Assembly: GCA_030141605.1 (NCBI GenBank)
Contig: JAQGDQ010000306.1
Span: 1 to 64,000, forward strand
Reading direction: 5' to 3'
Source: Tubiluchus corallicola
Taxonomy: Eukaryota > Animalia > Priapulida
DNA length: 64,000 nt
Shown here: piece by piece, positions 14,426 to 28,781 of the stretch
Numbering within the stretch: position 1 is the stretch's first letter
Layout: every line of letters starts with the position of its first letter
Program-made: the position numbers and the translations under genes
The notes under the pieces: model-generated
The model's database searches: none
What the model saw: only the letters and a program-made list of their open reading frames with translations
Told to the model about the DNA's origin: nothing

Positions 14426-16853
14426 CCTACCCCCAATCGTCAGATGGTGACAGCGTAGATAAGGCAGTTTGCTTATATCCATATACTTTTGTAATAACGC
14501 AATATACTTTTGGTTTTCATCAAGTTAATTAATTTATTACTAAACATCATGACCACATCTGTTTACCAAACTGTTTCAAAGCATTACAGATAATTTGATA
14601 AAATGTTAGGTAATTATTATTTTTTGTTTAAATCAATGGCAATTATTGTGTTAATCTTGACCTTGCATCAGAAATATACGAGCCGAACCTTTTAATTAAT
14701 CGGTGGAATCCACTTTCACATCCGAACATAAAACACATCTGGCGGAATGGCAATAATTTAATTTTCATCACAGCACTTACTGTGTAACAAATAAGTCGTA
14801 TTTTATAATGCTATTATTTCTTTATTAATAGGTACCGTTTAGTGTCTGTAGTCTGCATTACATACTACTGAAAAAGTTTTTAAAACATTGGGGGTTTTTT
14901 AAAGCAGCCGTGTGATTCAAGCTCCAGAGTTCATCGATGTTATTATAGCGCTTGCCGTTAAACCATAGGATAAGGCCAAAGGCCAAAGGGTAAACCATAG
15001 GCCAAAGGGTAAGTTGCTCTTTTATACTCTTTTTAGGGAAATTAGCGTCTACACACCCAGTCACCTCTCAAATATGTTAAGCTATACATCAACCTTTGAA
15101 ACTTAGGAACCCACTGGCCTTTCATTAGGCACCATAAGAACTATAGTATAAATCAAGCTCGATTTATGAACACAGTATTAATCGCAGTCTTAAAAAGAAG
15201 TAGCATTCGAGTGTTCAGGCTGAGTAGTGTAAATGATTATGGTAATCAAATGCTTTTAGACATAGAAATATTACGATTCCCGCAAATCATAATAACAAGT
15301 TAGACGACACTTTCTTCTAAAATTATTACTGCCGATGATTATTACACGTCTCCAAAAGCAATTTGATGAAATATGCGACTGTATTGTTGTGTGGGTTGTC
15401 ATTTCGTGTAGTTTTCCAACTTATACAATAGATTCGCGAGAAAAATAGAGACAATCAATATGCACTTACATAAAATACAATCTTAAATTCATCCATTTGT
15501 ATGGCTGTCTTCTTTTACTGTCAACAAGAGATTATTCAAAGGAAAAGACGTAACCGAAGCAATCGCTGCTCAGAACCTCGATAAATGGTAAAATTTGATA
15601 ACCCGTCGGGATGAAATGAAAGAGTAATTGCAATTCTGATGATGTGTTTAGCAAAGAGACAAAATTGCTATAACTCATGGTGAAATTCGGATCCCGTACA
15701 AAATTGAATATTCCCATCCAATTTGCATACAACTCCAAGTCTGGCGAAGCATTTAAGTACAAGTAACGAAAAATAGAAAACTTAAGGTGCAAACATACAC
15801 AACGGAAAATTTTTCTCCAAAAATTGAATATAAACAGTTTGGAAAACAGTTAAATGGCTGCCACTTAGTTATAGGGTTAACAGAATTACAGAAAAATAAT
15901 TACTGGACAACTGGCCATTTTGTAACTGAGGTTTAAATCAAATTAACTGCGTCAAGGTCACTCACCTCTGGCCGGTCAAACAGATCAGCAGAGTTTCATT
16001 ACATTTAATTCTTGCCATTCAACAAAAATGGTACATGTGGCAACCTGTTAGTTAAAGTCGTGAAGGAAACAGTTACTGCGACTGTCAAAAGTTGGTAGTT
16101 AGTACCAACATATGTATCAAAATATGTTTTTCTCTCAAAAACACACAGAAAACAAGAACAAGTGAGCCATTATTAACTGCAGGCGGTGTTCAGTCTACTC
16201 GCTGCCTTCTTGCAAAGTCATTGAAGGACCTTATATATATCACTTTGGTTTCCATTTAATTTTGATTCCATTTGAACGTAACAAACAAATAATTAACATC
16301 TAAAAGAAGCCCATTTCAATTTCATCAATTTCTTCGCATTAGAACATTGATGCATAATGAAAAAGAAATAGTTCGCCTTCTTCCATATAGATAAATGCCA
16401 TTATCGCCACACAGGGGTGCTCTCATCAATTAACTATAGTAAAGCCTTAGAAAGCTTTCCTCTTTGATGAATTATTGGGCAGTCGGGCTTCTCAAATTGC
16501 CTGATGCAACTTGCGGTTTAAAAAGCGCTTTAGCAAATCTCAAACAAAATGCTTTCTTCGATAGAGTGCAGTCTGTTACATAAATAACAGAGATTAAGTT
16601 TGACATGTTTATACGATTTCTCTTTATATCAGTCATTAAACGTGCCAGATTCAATTCCTGCTGTTCTCACCTGAATCGGAGAGATTATGCGGCACTGCCA
16701 TAATAAATATTTCTGTAAACGTTTTATTTCCCCAGACGCTTGAAAATTTGGCAACTTAAACTAAAGAAACAATAAGTAGCGTAACACTAAAAGGCATTGC
16801 CAATTGTAATTGTAATAACTGGTACATTATGAAACTTACGAAAGCACTATCAG

Positions 16854-18169
16854 CAGGGCACTTTATTTATGACTTTTCTTGCAAAATAGTCATAAATAGT
16901 CATAAATAAGATTTCAAATTTGTCATAAATAACGAAAGAAAAATAATCATTTCCCGATGAATGGAACAAAAAATTCAGTACAGAAAACTGTTTCCACCGT
17001 CTCTCTCTCTCTCTCTCTCCCACACACACAGGCAGTCCATAAGAAGCTTGCGCGTGACTGTTTGGTGGACTAACACAGTAACTGAGACTGTCTAACTGAT
17101 GCGTTTATCTGTCATTAACTCGTCTAGAAGCAACCTAAATAATAAAAAGTAAATGAGCGCGTTACCGCGAAAAAATAAATAGGCACCGACAGAATCGTTG
17201 TCGTTCCATCGAAAATTTGAATTAAAGACAGCTTACCTATTTTAATGTCCTAAAGTTCTGCCGCCTCAAACCTACGCTCTGCACAATAACAGAAATCTAC
17301 ACTTCTAATTCTTTTCTTTGCACGTTCATTTCAGTGCCTTTCTCATCCTAGCGGCGTTAGGGGTGAGCATTCTCTACCAGAAAGCGAATTCGAATCGAAC
17401 CGAATTTGTGACTTTCGAATTCGAATCGAACCGAACTTCGATGCTTACCCCTAAGCGGCGTAAGTCAATGGCTTGGGTGTAGGTTTTAGCTCGAGTTTGC
17501 CGCAAGCGTTTCCCGTGCCTTACTGCCTCATCCTCAAGAAATAAGAATAATGCCGTCTGCTAGAATTTGAGCATATTTTATCTTTGGGAGAATTTGTTGC
17601 TTCATTGTCATTAAAATTTAACTGTTTTTCTTGTTTAGTTATTTTGCTTAATGTAATTTTAATTAGAAAACATACGTGACGGTTCCCTAGAAAGATGTAA
17701 TAGCCAATAGTATTTTCCAACATTAAATTTAAAATCGATATTTAAAAAAATACATTATTTACTTGTACTAATTGTGGCTACGAATTGTGACTGTACGAAT
17801 TAATTAATAGATTGATTTTTATGAGCAGTAATTTTATAGGTCATCCTAAACAAATTAAAACCGATACTATAATTATTATAAACACGATCACGGATTTCAG
17901 TCTGGAGGGATGCCTGCATGCAAAACAATACGAGAAACTTCAGGCCTTGGAATGATGAAAGTAGACATTTTTATTACATTTTAATGTAATGAAGAACGAA
18001 GAAAGGCAAAATACAAGATTCTGATTAAAAATATGTATTTCTTTTAGCTCAGGATGGCATTTTTGGTCAAAATTTGACACGTCATAAATAGTCATAAATA
18101 AAATCTGAAATTAGTATTAAATAAGCTATTTATGCAATTTATGACTAAAGTCATAAATAAAGTGCCCTG
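16854..18169. mobile_element. Non-autonomous hAT element, 1316 bp
   Basis: 23-bp perfect TIR CAGGGCACTTTATTTATGACTTT; 8-bp TSD ACTATCAG at 16846-16853 and 18170-18177; subterminal GTCATAAATA repeats at both ends. Confidence 0.92.
17358..17453. mobile_element. 96-bp hAT mini-element nested in the larger hAT
   Basis: TIR TAGGGGTGAGCAT ... ATGCTTACCCCTA; 8-bp TSD AGCGGCGT at 17350-17357 and 17454-17461; internal TTCGAATCGAACCGAA repeats. Confidence 0.88.
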
Positions 18170-19949
18170 ACTATCAGTGTGACGTTATCTTCAAAAATCT
18201 AGATGAATGTACAAGAGAAACATTTTTCTTTTGTGCTAAGGTTTTTCTAACGAGAGCGAATGTACTTAACAATGTCACAATGGCCCGTATAGTCAGTCAT
18301 ATTGTTTTCAATCCTTATAGTATTGATGCGTGTTCGTGTGTGTTCATCAAGTAATTACGTACGCAAGGCCTCCAAACATTTATACAACTTCAGCAACTAG
18401 TACTCCTATAAACATCGTCCTTACACAATGTGACCCATACATGCAGAGTTCATAACATGGGCTGGAAATACCTTAATGTACTAGTAATAATAATGAAAAC
18501 CTATTCTTGATAAATTCGTAGCGCGTTTTAAGCCCCTCCTCTTGATTATTGCTACGTTTCACATTTGACTACGCTCAAAATAGCTATACCGTTTAACGCA
18601 GGTCATAGTTTTGGCCTTATAGTTTAAAATCTGCATTACAAAATGCATCTACCGTCATTGAATTGCCAGATTTCTAGAATATGCAGAAAGACGCAAATTG
18701 GAACTATGCAGTATGGGACTATGCAGGCAGAGTTTAATTTGTGTAGCCGGCTAGCTGGTTATCTAAGATAATCCTCTGAGATAAAACGTTGAACCTGCAG
18801 ACGTGTTTTTACAAAATTTGAATGTACGTACATCGTCCCTCAGCCAGGTAGATAGACAAGAGTATTCTGTCAGACAAAACCGACCATAACTTTATTTTCG
18901 TACTGGTCAACCATTAATTGAATGATGTGCATCACATCTGCATAACCTCGATTGCTAAGCCCACAGCACGGCTGTTCATTTTTTCCTTCAGCGCACTAAG
19001 CATATGTGCGCTGTGTACCCGTTGAGGTGCCAGAATGCGCTGAAATTTATATATACAGTCAGTGTGTAAGATTATATAAGATCAAAATATGTAAGATCAT
19101 ATTTTGTATCAAAAGTAAGTAAGTTATTTAAGCCTGTAAGATCACATTTAACATGACACATTTTATACATGCCCCGAGCCATCTCAAATTTAGAATGTTT
19201 TAAATAAGCGTTTTTATATTTTGCTTATGCAGTAGTAATATTTCGACTGCTAGTTCTCACCAAAAGTTTCATAAATCATGACATAAGTTTTCGTTGTCAT
19301 TAAGAATGCACTTTGTTCGGTTAGTAATTAGGCTATATAATCCTGCTATGCTTCCAAATCCCACAAATTATGGATATCGCTATTAGAATTATTAGAAGCC
19401 TTAGGAATCACAGTTACTTTTAATTATCCCTTTCAATTAGAAAACGAAACTTCAACACTGAAAATTAATCGTTCCCGTGATACTACTACATAGATGCTCA
19501 GTGAAAAGTTAAAAAAGATAAACACTTTTTAGATACACACAGGATGGCTACAGTAATTTCTCAGACAAAGCTGTAATTGGCAATCAGCATCTTTCCGTAG
19601 AGTGAAACCTGAACAGGAAATTTTAACAAAACAGGGAACTTCCAAAAAACAGAATGAGTTGGGCAACCAAGCTTGTGCCTGGCGTCCAACGTCAAAGAAA
19701 GTACTAGGAAGAAAAAATAAAATAAACAAGCCATTGGGTTATTCTGCACTGGGTTCTGAATAATGTGTTGTGATGCCAATGGTCAAGAAGCTAATGCCAC
19801 TGCTTTATATTCCAGAAAATAAAAATTATTTGTGCGCGAGTTAGTCAGAAAAGAAGTGTGTTAAACTTAGTTCCGCCATATAATCTTGATAGCTGTGTTG
19901 TTTAAGCTATAATCAGGAATTACACGTCTAAATCATAACTGTAAACAGT

Positions 19950-20340
19950 GCCGGTGGTTGAATCCCATTGCTTAATGCTAAACTTCAAGAGTACAGCCAT
20001 GTCTCGTTTGCGATCTGGGGGACGCTAGCAAAGGTAACATAAAGGTAAACCATGCGCAGGACTTCAACGAAGGTTACTTGGTTTCGCTCTATATTCATAC
20101 TCAAATTGCCTGAAGAGAGGCAGTCTGTACGGATTTTTGGGTGGTGATAAGAGACGTATCATACCCATGATTCTGTGCAGTAAGAGAGGTGGGTCATTAT
20201 AAGAATATCTAGCCTAGACTGCGACCAAGTGCTGAAGACGTCATAGCAATATAGACATGAACTTTCAAATTGGGCCGTCGAACATTTTCGGACACAAGGT
20301 CAGCTGCGCGGCCACTCTAATCACTTTCGTTCATGAACTA
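19950..20340 (+). mobile_element. Possible Penelope-like element 3' remnant with a degenerate hammerhead motif
   Basis: Frameshifted QRRLL..SLYIH resembles the end of the PLE GIY-YIG domain; CTGAAGAC-GTC..GAC-ATGAAC at 20232-20262. Confidence 0.35.
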
Positions 20341-20589
20341 ATTAGCTATTGTCAAATTTCAATTGAATTATGGGTAGCTCTTTCTGTACAACTTGGCAAT
20401 AGACGATTTTCTTTAACAAACTTTGTGTTCATTAATTTAAAAGGGCCTTACGTTTAAATCCTGGTTTAATTCTGAACTCTCTTTAACCGTTGTAAACCTC
20501 CTTCCATGATTCCATACATAAGCCATTAGTTATCAGTACTACATTCGCGAAAATACCATATGACGCGGGTCTTGGGTCTTGCCGACGAC

Positions 20590-20861
20590 TGTAACCTCAT
20601 TAACTATTCAGTAACAAAAACCACGACAGTTATTACATTATCGGTTAGAATTTTTGTTATTACACTCTGCGTATTGTGCTGTTACAATACGCGTTAAACT
20701 TTATGTTATTGTATTAAGCGTTAGTTTTTTATCACAATATTAGTTAGTTTTATTATTATTGTCGTTTATTTATTACATTATGCGTTGCTTTTTTGTTACA
20801 GTATGCGTAACTTTTTTTGGTATAACCATATCGGGCGTTTATTATATTATCCGTTATAACA
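20590..20861. repeat. Non-autonomous element built of degenerate TTATTACATTATGCGTT units; short inverted relative at ~5917-5970
   Basis: ~24-bp decayed tandem units ending TTATATTATCCGTTATAACA; the reverse complement resembles TGTTATAAACGATAATGTAATAAACGTCC at 5917. Confidence 0.55.
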
Positions 20862-23800
20862 GCCACATTTGTAAGCAAGCCCAACTGAATGCAGAGGATA
20901 AGCGGGAAGCCAACTCTTTATTACATAATTACAGTGTATTACATTATTGTTTTTCACTTATGTAAATTGCAGCAAAGTAATGCTTTTAAAATTACAAATA
21001 ATACGCAATTGAACATTTTTAGACTTGAGAAAAAGTTGCTTTTTACTTTAAGCCATTTGGCTCAAGACACTTAAATTACTGTAAAATCAACGGAGACCAT
21101 GTGGCGTATATAACAGCGACTGACTCTGGGGCCAATGGCACTGTCTGACCAAAAATTTCAACTGTCTAATCAATATTGACACATCTGGATGTATATGTAA
21201 TTACATCACAATATTACTTTGTTAACGAGACACATCGTACAGTTCCATAGATAATTACCAATCACTCGTAGTTTGCGCAACGTTTCACATTTCATAGAGG
21301 TGCTTCTTCCATGAATCCACAATTACATTATGACAGCCAGAATACAAATTACACTACTACATTATGCAGTGAGCTTACTTGTGTTCTTGTGAGAAGTCAG
21401 TGGACTAATTAATGATATAACAAACTATTCATCGCTAGGTGTATATGTTACAGGCAAAGTGTGAAATCGGGTATTCTATAGAATGCCTAGACATTTTACA
21501 GAGTGGCAAAACAAATCAGGTGAAGCGTCTAAAACAGGTCATATTATATATATATATATATAATGCAAATGTCTCTCTAGGCAAAGTATGTAATTCTTAG
21601 ATTTTAAGTATACTTTTCCTAGTATTTTATGGAATGTCAAAAAAATTTTAGTTAATATAAAAATAAAACAAATGTTCAACTGTTCTAATATAATTTTCCT
21701 AAGAATTTTATTTGCCAATATTATTTTAGAGAATGCATGAAGTTGAACCAAGTCATGTTTCACTGTGCTCGCAAATGTGTGATTTGCTGGTTGGCTTTTT
21801 CTCTTGCCCGAGAATTTTGCCGTTCCTCTTCTGTGGTGGACGGAGAGAGAGCGGTACAAACCTTATTGTCTGATGTGCAAGCTACAATTCGTAAAACACG
21901 TTCATTCAAATGGTCTAGTTTTAATCTATTGCAAAACATATGTTCTCTGCACATCAAATTTCTACTATTAACCACTTCTTCTTCCACGACAACATCAGCC
22001 ATAGCATTTAAAATATATGCACAACATTAAGCAAGCTCTAGGTCTTGCCTTAAGAAGATTTAAAAGAAAAAACACTGACTTAATCAACACGTGCGTAGTG
22101 CATAGACCACCCGAAAAAAGGTTTACGAAAAAAATCGCAAGGACTTTACTGCATCAGGCTGCAGTCTTAATTTCTAGTGATCCACCTGCTTGAGCAGCAT
22201 TTATGAATTCCATGCAATGCCTAGATTATGTGCAAAATATCTAGCAATTGTTGGATTCAACACAACTTTTGTTAATTTTACGCTTTGTCAAACTCACTTT
22301 ACGCATTTTATATTAATCCTAGTTATCATACAAAACGTCTAGGTAAAGTGTGCATAAAGTCGCAGCAAAAAGATTTTTTGTAAGCTAATGTTCATAAAAC
22401 CAACCTAAAGGTAAAATTGGCTGAACCTGGCTAGTTTTTGTGCAAAAGCACCAAGAACGAAATTAGTTTATAAAATGAGGTCATTTATTAAAATGACAAT
22501 ACATTCAATATAGCAAGGCAAAAAAGGTGGGGCACACCCAAATACCGCCCCACCCAAAACGTGACTATACTAATCACAATATTGACTTGCATCTATGATT
22601 ACAAACATAATAAAGCATTGTTTGCAATACTGCAATACATTAGAAATTATACCAAAAGCCTAGTAAAGCAGTTTTAACAATATACAGTGGTACACTATAT
22701 ATAAAAATTCCACATTACAGAAAAAAACACTGTAATGTTAAAAGTATCCAAACCTGAAGTTCACACAAAAATTACATTTCTACTTTAGTAGTGGGTGGCG
22801 AGAGCGTGGGTTTTCACATCCAGCGACAACAGGCAAATGGATGATTTTCGACAAGATGACGGATGTCATTCGTTGATTGGTTGGTTAGAAACAATGCGCG
22901 CGACACTGGCGCGCATGACCACGAACACTCTTCACAAAAACTCATTTATTGCTATTCTATCAATAAATTTACCTTATTTCACACTTTTCCCGAAACGCCT
23001 AAGTATTATATGAAATGCCTAGGGATTTTATAAAATGTCTAAATTTTACTCATTGCCTGCAACATATACAAATACCCAATTTACACGAGTTACGCACGTT
23101 GTATTTGAAGTTAAATTTTCCATATTACAGCTGCCTTTAGTATGCAGCAAATTAATTTTCCTAGAAAAGCTGAATTTATGGCAGCTAACCTAATGAACAC
23201 TTTTGCCATTCAGATAAAGTTTACCGAGAACAACAGTTATCATTATACTAACTAATCATCTTACTGCAAATATTCATTGACATATATAGAAATGTCTAAT
23301 TTGCTGTGGAAATGGAAAACTGTAAAACTTCGAGTGTCAAGCAAATTTATAAGTTTGAAACATCCTTGTCCGTCAGAACAAAATTAAGTTAAACGGAAAT
23401 ACCGTTAAATGCATAACTTCATCTCAATTCAGGCAAAAAAACATTTTACACTAATAAGTAAACAATTATTAAATTGATGGTCGATGGTAAGGATCTTATA
23501 AATTTATTATGCGTTGTGAATATATTTCTATAAATCAATTCCAAGAATTACGTTAGTTCTAAAAGTTATTTCACTAAGTTATATTAAACCGTTGTATGTA
23601 AATTTGATTATTCACGTATTTTTCAACAACACAGTACAAAAGTTCGTACTGCCGCAATTGTCTTTTGAAAGAACTTGCTTCAGACATTTTAGAACCAAGA
23701 CATGGGCCACTTAACTTAAATCCGTGTGAGTGTGGAGATTGCCGAAATTTACGCATACTAGTGGGAGATGAATTTATTACCATGAAATCGGATACGCTTC

Positions 23801-24827
23801 CACAAAAGTAACCATGTCTAATACTAATTAATTTTTAAGAAGTGATGTTTATTTACCATACACTTTTTTATGCTATTGTTCTAGTGCTAATGCGTTTTTA
23901 AACGCCCTGTTTAACAAAATATAACTATGGCTTTGAACAATTCGCAGATGTGGACTAATATTAAAACTAACTTAGAATACAGTTATTCGTTTATTCGTCA
24001 ATACTTTATTTATTTAATGCAAGAAATCTCGAACGATCTTGTGCGCTTTATTACAATTTTAATTTAGCTTAGTGTTTCCGGCACAGCTTGCGTCTATATA
24101 AGTATTAAAATACCATTAATCTTTGAGTTACATTACAAAAGTATGAAAAATAATAATTTTTCATGCAGAAAAACACAAAGTCCAAATTATTTCATACCTG
24201 CAATATTCAAAATTGAGCTGTAAACTTGCTTGATTCTTGGCGTTTCTCTGTGGTCACTGGGCAATGCATTAATAGAAGCTCTCACTCTTCTGCCGCTGCT
24301 GGCTTCTTAGCTTCTGTTATGAAGTCATGCATGAAGCCGTGCAAAGGCTGCTTAGAGACGATGTTATTAGCGCTGTCAAGCAATTGTTGTATTTCTGCTA
24401 TTATTTGCCATAAAACTAGCAAGTGCATCAGTTTATCAATGCATAATTATTGTTTCGGAGCGAATAATTAATCTGATACTAGAGGTTATGACACTCATAA
24501 ACAACAATATATGGGATTTCTCAGATGACTGTCTATGCGAGTTCTGATTTCATGTTACAGCATCTTGTAAAATATGTAATGTCTTAGTTATTATTACAAA
24601 TCATCACGAGCGCCATTGCACTGTCTTTGAGAGCCCGAAGTGTTTACTAATCAGCAATTGTAGCATCCTTAAGGATTGCCGTATCTAAATATTGGAATTA
24701 ATTGGCTACTTTTAAGTTCGTGTATGCAGTTACTAATAAGCTTTGAGTTTCAGAGATGTAATTCAGTTTATGTCGGTCATAGCTTATAAATACGGATGAC
24801 GAGTCTTATTTCATAGTTCTATACACG

Positions 24828-25125
24828 CATACATACATACATACATACATACATACATACATACATACATACATACATACATACATACATACATACATAC
24901 ATACATACATACATACATACATACATACATACATACATACATACATACATACACACATACACACATACACACATACACACATACACACATACACACATAC
25001 ACACATACACACATACACACATACATACATACATACATACATACATACATACATACATACATACATACATACATACATACATACATACATACATACATAC
25101 ATACATACATACATACTCACATACA
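24828..25125. repeat. (TACA)n tetranucleotide microsatellite with an internal (TACACACA)n block
   Basis: Direct inspection. Confidence 0.98.
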
Positions 25126-25639
25126 TTAAATTATGTTCTATATTGCTAATATTAATTGCTAATCATGTTCGTTTTATCTGTGCTAAGATACTACGTTTTC
25201 GTCGCTTTGACGTTCCTGTTCGAAATGTGGAAGCCTTTACAATACAAACTCGTTGCGTCTAAGCCGATTACACACAGCAAGAAGAACCAAAGTTGCACGT
25301 GCATTAGCTCCATTGAACATGTATATATTACTATGTGTTGCATACGGAAAAATGACTAAACAATGATAAACTCAGTATGATAAATTATTATGTTATTGCT
25401 ATGTTAACAGTATGTTATTGTTATGAATTTTTCTATTATGATATATTAATAAAAAATTATCTATATTTTTATACAATTTGACGCTCTGCAAACAGGAATA
25501 TATCAATGGTGGGCCTCACTTAATATGAAGAGTGGAATTTCTCTCATTATCAAAGCTAACATGAACAGGCAGAGGTGTTTTAACAACATTCGGATTTGAA
25601 TACATCTTCTCTCTGTGGGGAACAGGCAAGAACCAGTAT

Positions 25640-25790
25640 GACGAATGTAACCTCCTGGAGTGAGTTTCGAATCCGATCTGGATTAGATATCGTTGCTTAA
25701 CCAGCGGCTATCCATTCACTGACCGACCTCAATGTTTAACTTCGGTTGATGAGCACTCGCTGTGACTCATAAGCTGTTCTTCTAGCCCCA
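25640..25790 (-). mobile_element. SINE-like remnant with a 5S rRNA-related segment
   Basis: Minus strand CTCATCAACCGAAGTTAAACATTGAGGTCGGTCAGTGAATGGATAG resembles the 5S internal control region (GAAGTTAAGC...GGTTAGTACTTGGATGG) but is not a full 5S gene. Confidence 0.4.
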
Positions 25791-28134
25791 AAAATACGTC
25801 ATAAATGAAAAACCTTTCCTCGCCCCCAAATGCAAAATGTTTCTCCTTCAAATTATCACTTTTCATGTGCGACCGGTCTACTGTAACAAAAAAACTGTTA
25901 ACACGTCATCACCGCTTAGGTATATTATAGACATTGATTTCATTGATGATAGTATCAAATATCCGTACTTAAACCCATAATCCCATTACCGCTTTCGAAT
26001 TTTCTGGAACTTGAGAATTATTGTTGTTGGCATCTTTCGGAATTGCTTCACGAAACATGTTTGCAAAAAAGCTAACTAGATGGTTTTATTTCTTTTCTTG
26101 TGTGCATTGAGTGCATTTTTTAATATACGAGGCGAGGCGTGGGAATAACTGATGAGAGTAGTCAGGACGTGTGCTTGTCGACAGAACTTAAGAATGACAC
26201 CCAATGGTCACACTGGACGGCTTCATTCACCATACTTATTCTGCCTTACCAACCTCATGGAAGGAGGGTCCATTCACACTTCTGCCGTTTCAGTGCCTCA
26301 ACTTACGGCCATGAATCAAATTCCAGTTACGCCAACCATCTACATTGAGGCTCTGACATTGTTTGCTGGATTCCAGCTTACAGTGTGTAGAAGTACATAA
26401 TTTCGTTGCAAGTAGTGGCGTGCACTTCCGGTTACTGAACGGAAATTGTCTGTCTCTGTTTACTGCGTCATTGATGTAATGGTGTGACATAAGTTAATCT
26501 AATGTAAAACGTGGTAACTCTGATGCTCAGATTAAACGTAACGTAAACAAACGCTTGTCTTTATCTACATATAACGTCATACTGACTTTTGTACGTGAAG
26601 CCACCTCAACTACAAACGCTTGTGCTTGCAACAGCATCAATCTAGGGCAACTACCGAGATCTTGAAAATAACGTATTTGTCTGCAAGCTTTATCACAGCT
26701 TATGTAATTGTATTAGAAGATTTGATTGTCATCATAATTAAACGGCTAACCGAATGATGTTAATCAATAATCGCATAGCTGCTCCATTGGGCCGAAAACG
26801 TGTTCAGCTGTAATCAGCCAATTAAGTTAGGTAAGGCTTTTAGTGCACTTATTATTCCACTCAGCACTTCGAACTATATTATAATATTACCAATGGATCA
26901 ATAATCTCCTATTGTAACAAACTTTAAAGTGTTATGTATCAAGTAAATATGCCAGCTTAAGCGGTGCAGAGCTGCATCTTTTTTCCGTCAAGTTCCGCAG
27001 TCCGACTGTATTTAATATAAAGCTTTCTATAGAAGGAAAACACGGCTTACTATAGTTGTGTTTCTGTTCTTGTTTTGCTAAATCACGTCTAATGAAACTT
27101 AAGCTAAAGCTGCTGTGCGTTTCGTGAAAGCCATTCTATACTTTCTATTAAAGTCTTGAAAATTACGTATCACCGTATATGTCAGCAAGCAAGAATTAAT
27201 GAATAAAACTCGATGTTAATTTAATTCATTACTTGAATTTAAACTCTGTTACATCGTTGTTGTTGAACGCAACTTATCGAAATGGCTATTTCTAAATAAC
27301 CATTCTTTTAGAGTTTTAAAAATTTAAAATTACCTATAATGTTTTAATATTAGAGATTGAAAATTCGCCGCTCCTCTTCCATTAATGTCATTTTATCGTT
27401 TGAACATCAGAAATAAAATGGATTTATTTAGCTTCTCATTAAATTTTGCGCAGTTTTGAAAATAAATTAATTGCATTCCACATCTCGATGAGTTTATACT
27501 GGTTACATTCCCACACGGGTTGTAGACGACAAAATGAAGGCGGATTTAAAAAAAATTACGAAAACCAATGGCTCTCAACAACTTAGTGATTTGAAAATGT
27601 TTACGCGTAATTTACTTATAATAACTGTTCGGATAAAATTCCAGCAACTTTTTTTCTGAATCTGTCTAAATAACTTGGCGCCGCTAATTTGCTTATTTAG
27701 TTAAATCAATAAACAGATATTAAATTTTCTTGAAACCGAGCGAGCACACATGCACATTGTTACTTGTCGACCATCAACTTTTTACTTATGACGGGGCGGG
27801 AGCATGTGGGCATTTAAACAAAATTAAGAAAAAAACATAGGCACCTATATTATAAGGTTTAGTTAGGGCCGTTTTGAGCTGGATATAAACCTAAGTCAGA
27901 TAGAAAATCCAGGCCCATTTCAAGCGCTCATTAAGTACTTTTGTCATTAGAGCTGTTACATATGCTCTATGTATGGGTTACCCGATATGTTCTATGTACA
28001 TGCTCTATATAATGTACATAATGTGGATAGAAAAAACAACATTCAAAGTCGTGGGTCAATTGATCCACCTGAACCCGTGACTCTGTTCTGGGTTACGTCT
28101 ATAATGACATACTTAGATTTCTTTGTTGTTGGAA

Positions 28135-28781
28135 TTGAAAAGTACGGTACGGAATTACGGTGCGGACTTTTTTCGTACCTTTTCCGTACCATTTTTACTG
28201 AGTTTCTTGTAATGTCTCAATGGTCAGCTACCCAGCGTCATGACTTGTTTTGCTCATGGAATGGGACTTATTCTATCTTAGTTAACACAGAGCACACGCA
28301 AACAAAACAGCTAGGTTGGTTCATTTTGGGTGCAAAAGTTACAAATTGTTTAGCGCCGGTTGTCATTTACCGTAAATTACGTTTGTTGTCATTTATAAAC
28401 AGGGTAGACTGCTTCCCACGTTTGATAGGTTTAAAAGTTTATCACTAATGAGCACGTAATTTAAGAGAACCATTAAAAACTAGTTAATAGGCCTAACGTA
28501 TCGTGTCTGCCACAAAATTACTAATTAGCTGAAATTAGATATATATCTCGTACATAATTGTATAGCTTCTATAACCTAAAAAAAAGTAGTATGGAAGTTT
28601 AAACAACAGTTCTGTTTTCATAGTATTCATAAATTCATAATGAGAATGGATACTTTTATCGTTTTTACAATTAATTTTTATGCCACTAGTATGTAGATCT
28701 TACAGGCACTTCATGCAACATACGAAAATTACGTAATTACGGTACGGTATTTTTTCGTAACGTACCGTACTGGCAGCCTTG
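28135..28781. mobile_element. Old non-autonomous DNA transposon (hAT-like)
   Basis: AGTACGGTACG at the left and CGTACCGTACTGGCAGCCTTG at the right; TACG subterminal repeats; TSD not resolved. Confidence 0.45.

Noticed and set aside
18831-19039. Minus-strand segment bounded by TTTCAG and GTACGT
   Set aside because: Stops in all frames and no identifiable homology
24198-24420. Minus-strand exon-like segment ending at a GTATGA donor
   Set aside because: Protein-like stretches fall in different frames separated by a stop; no family recognised
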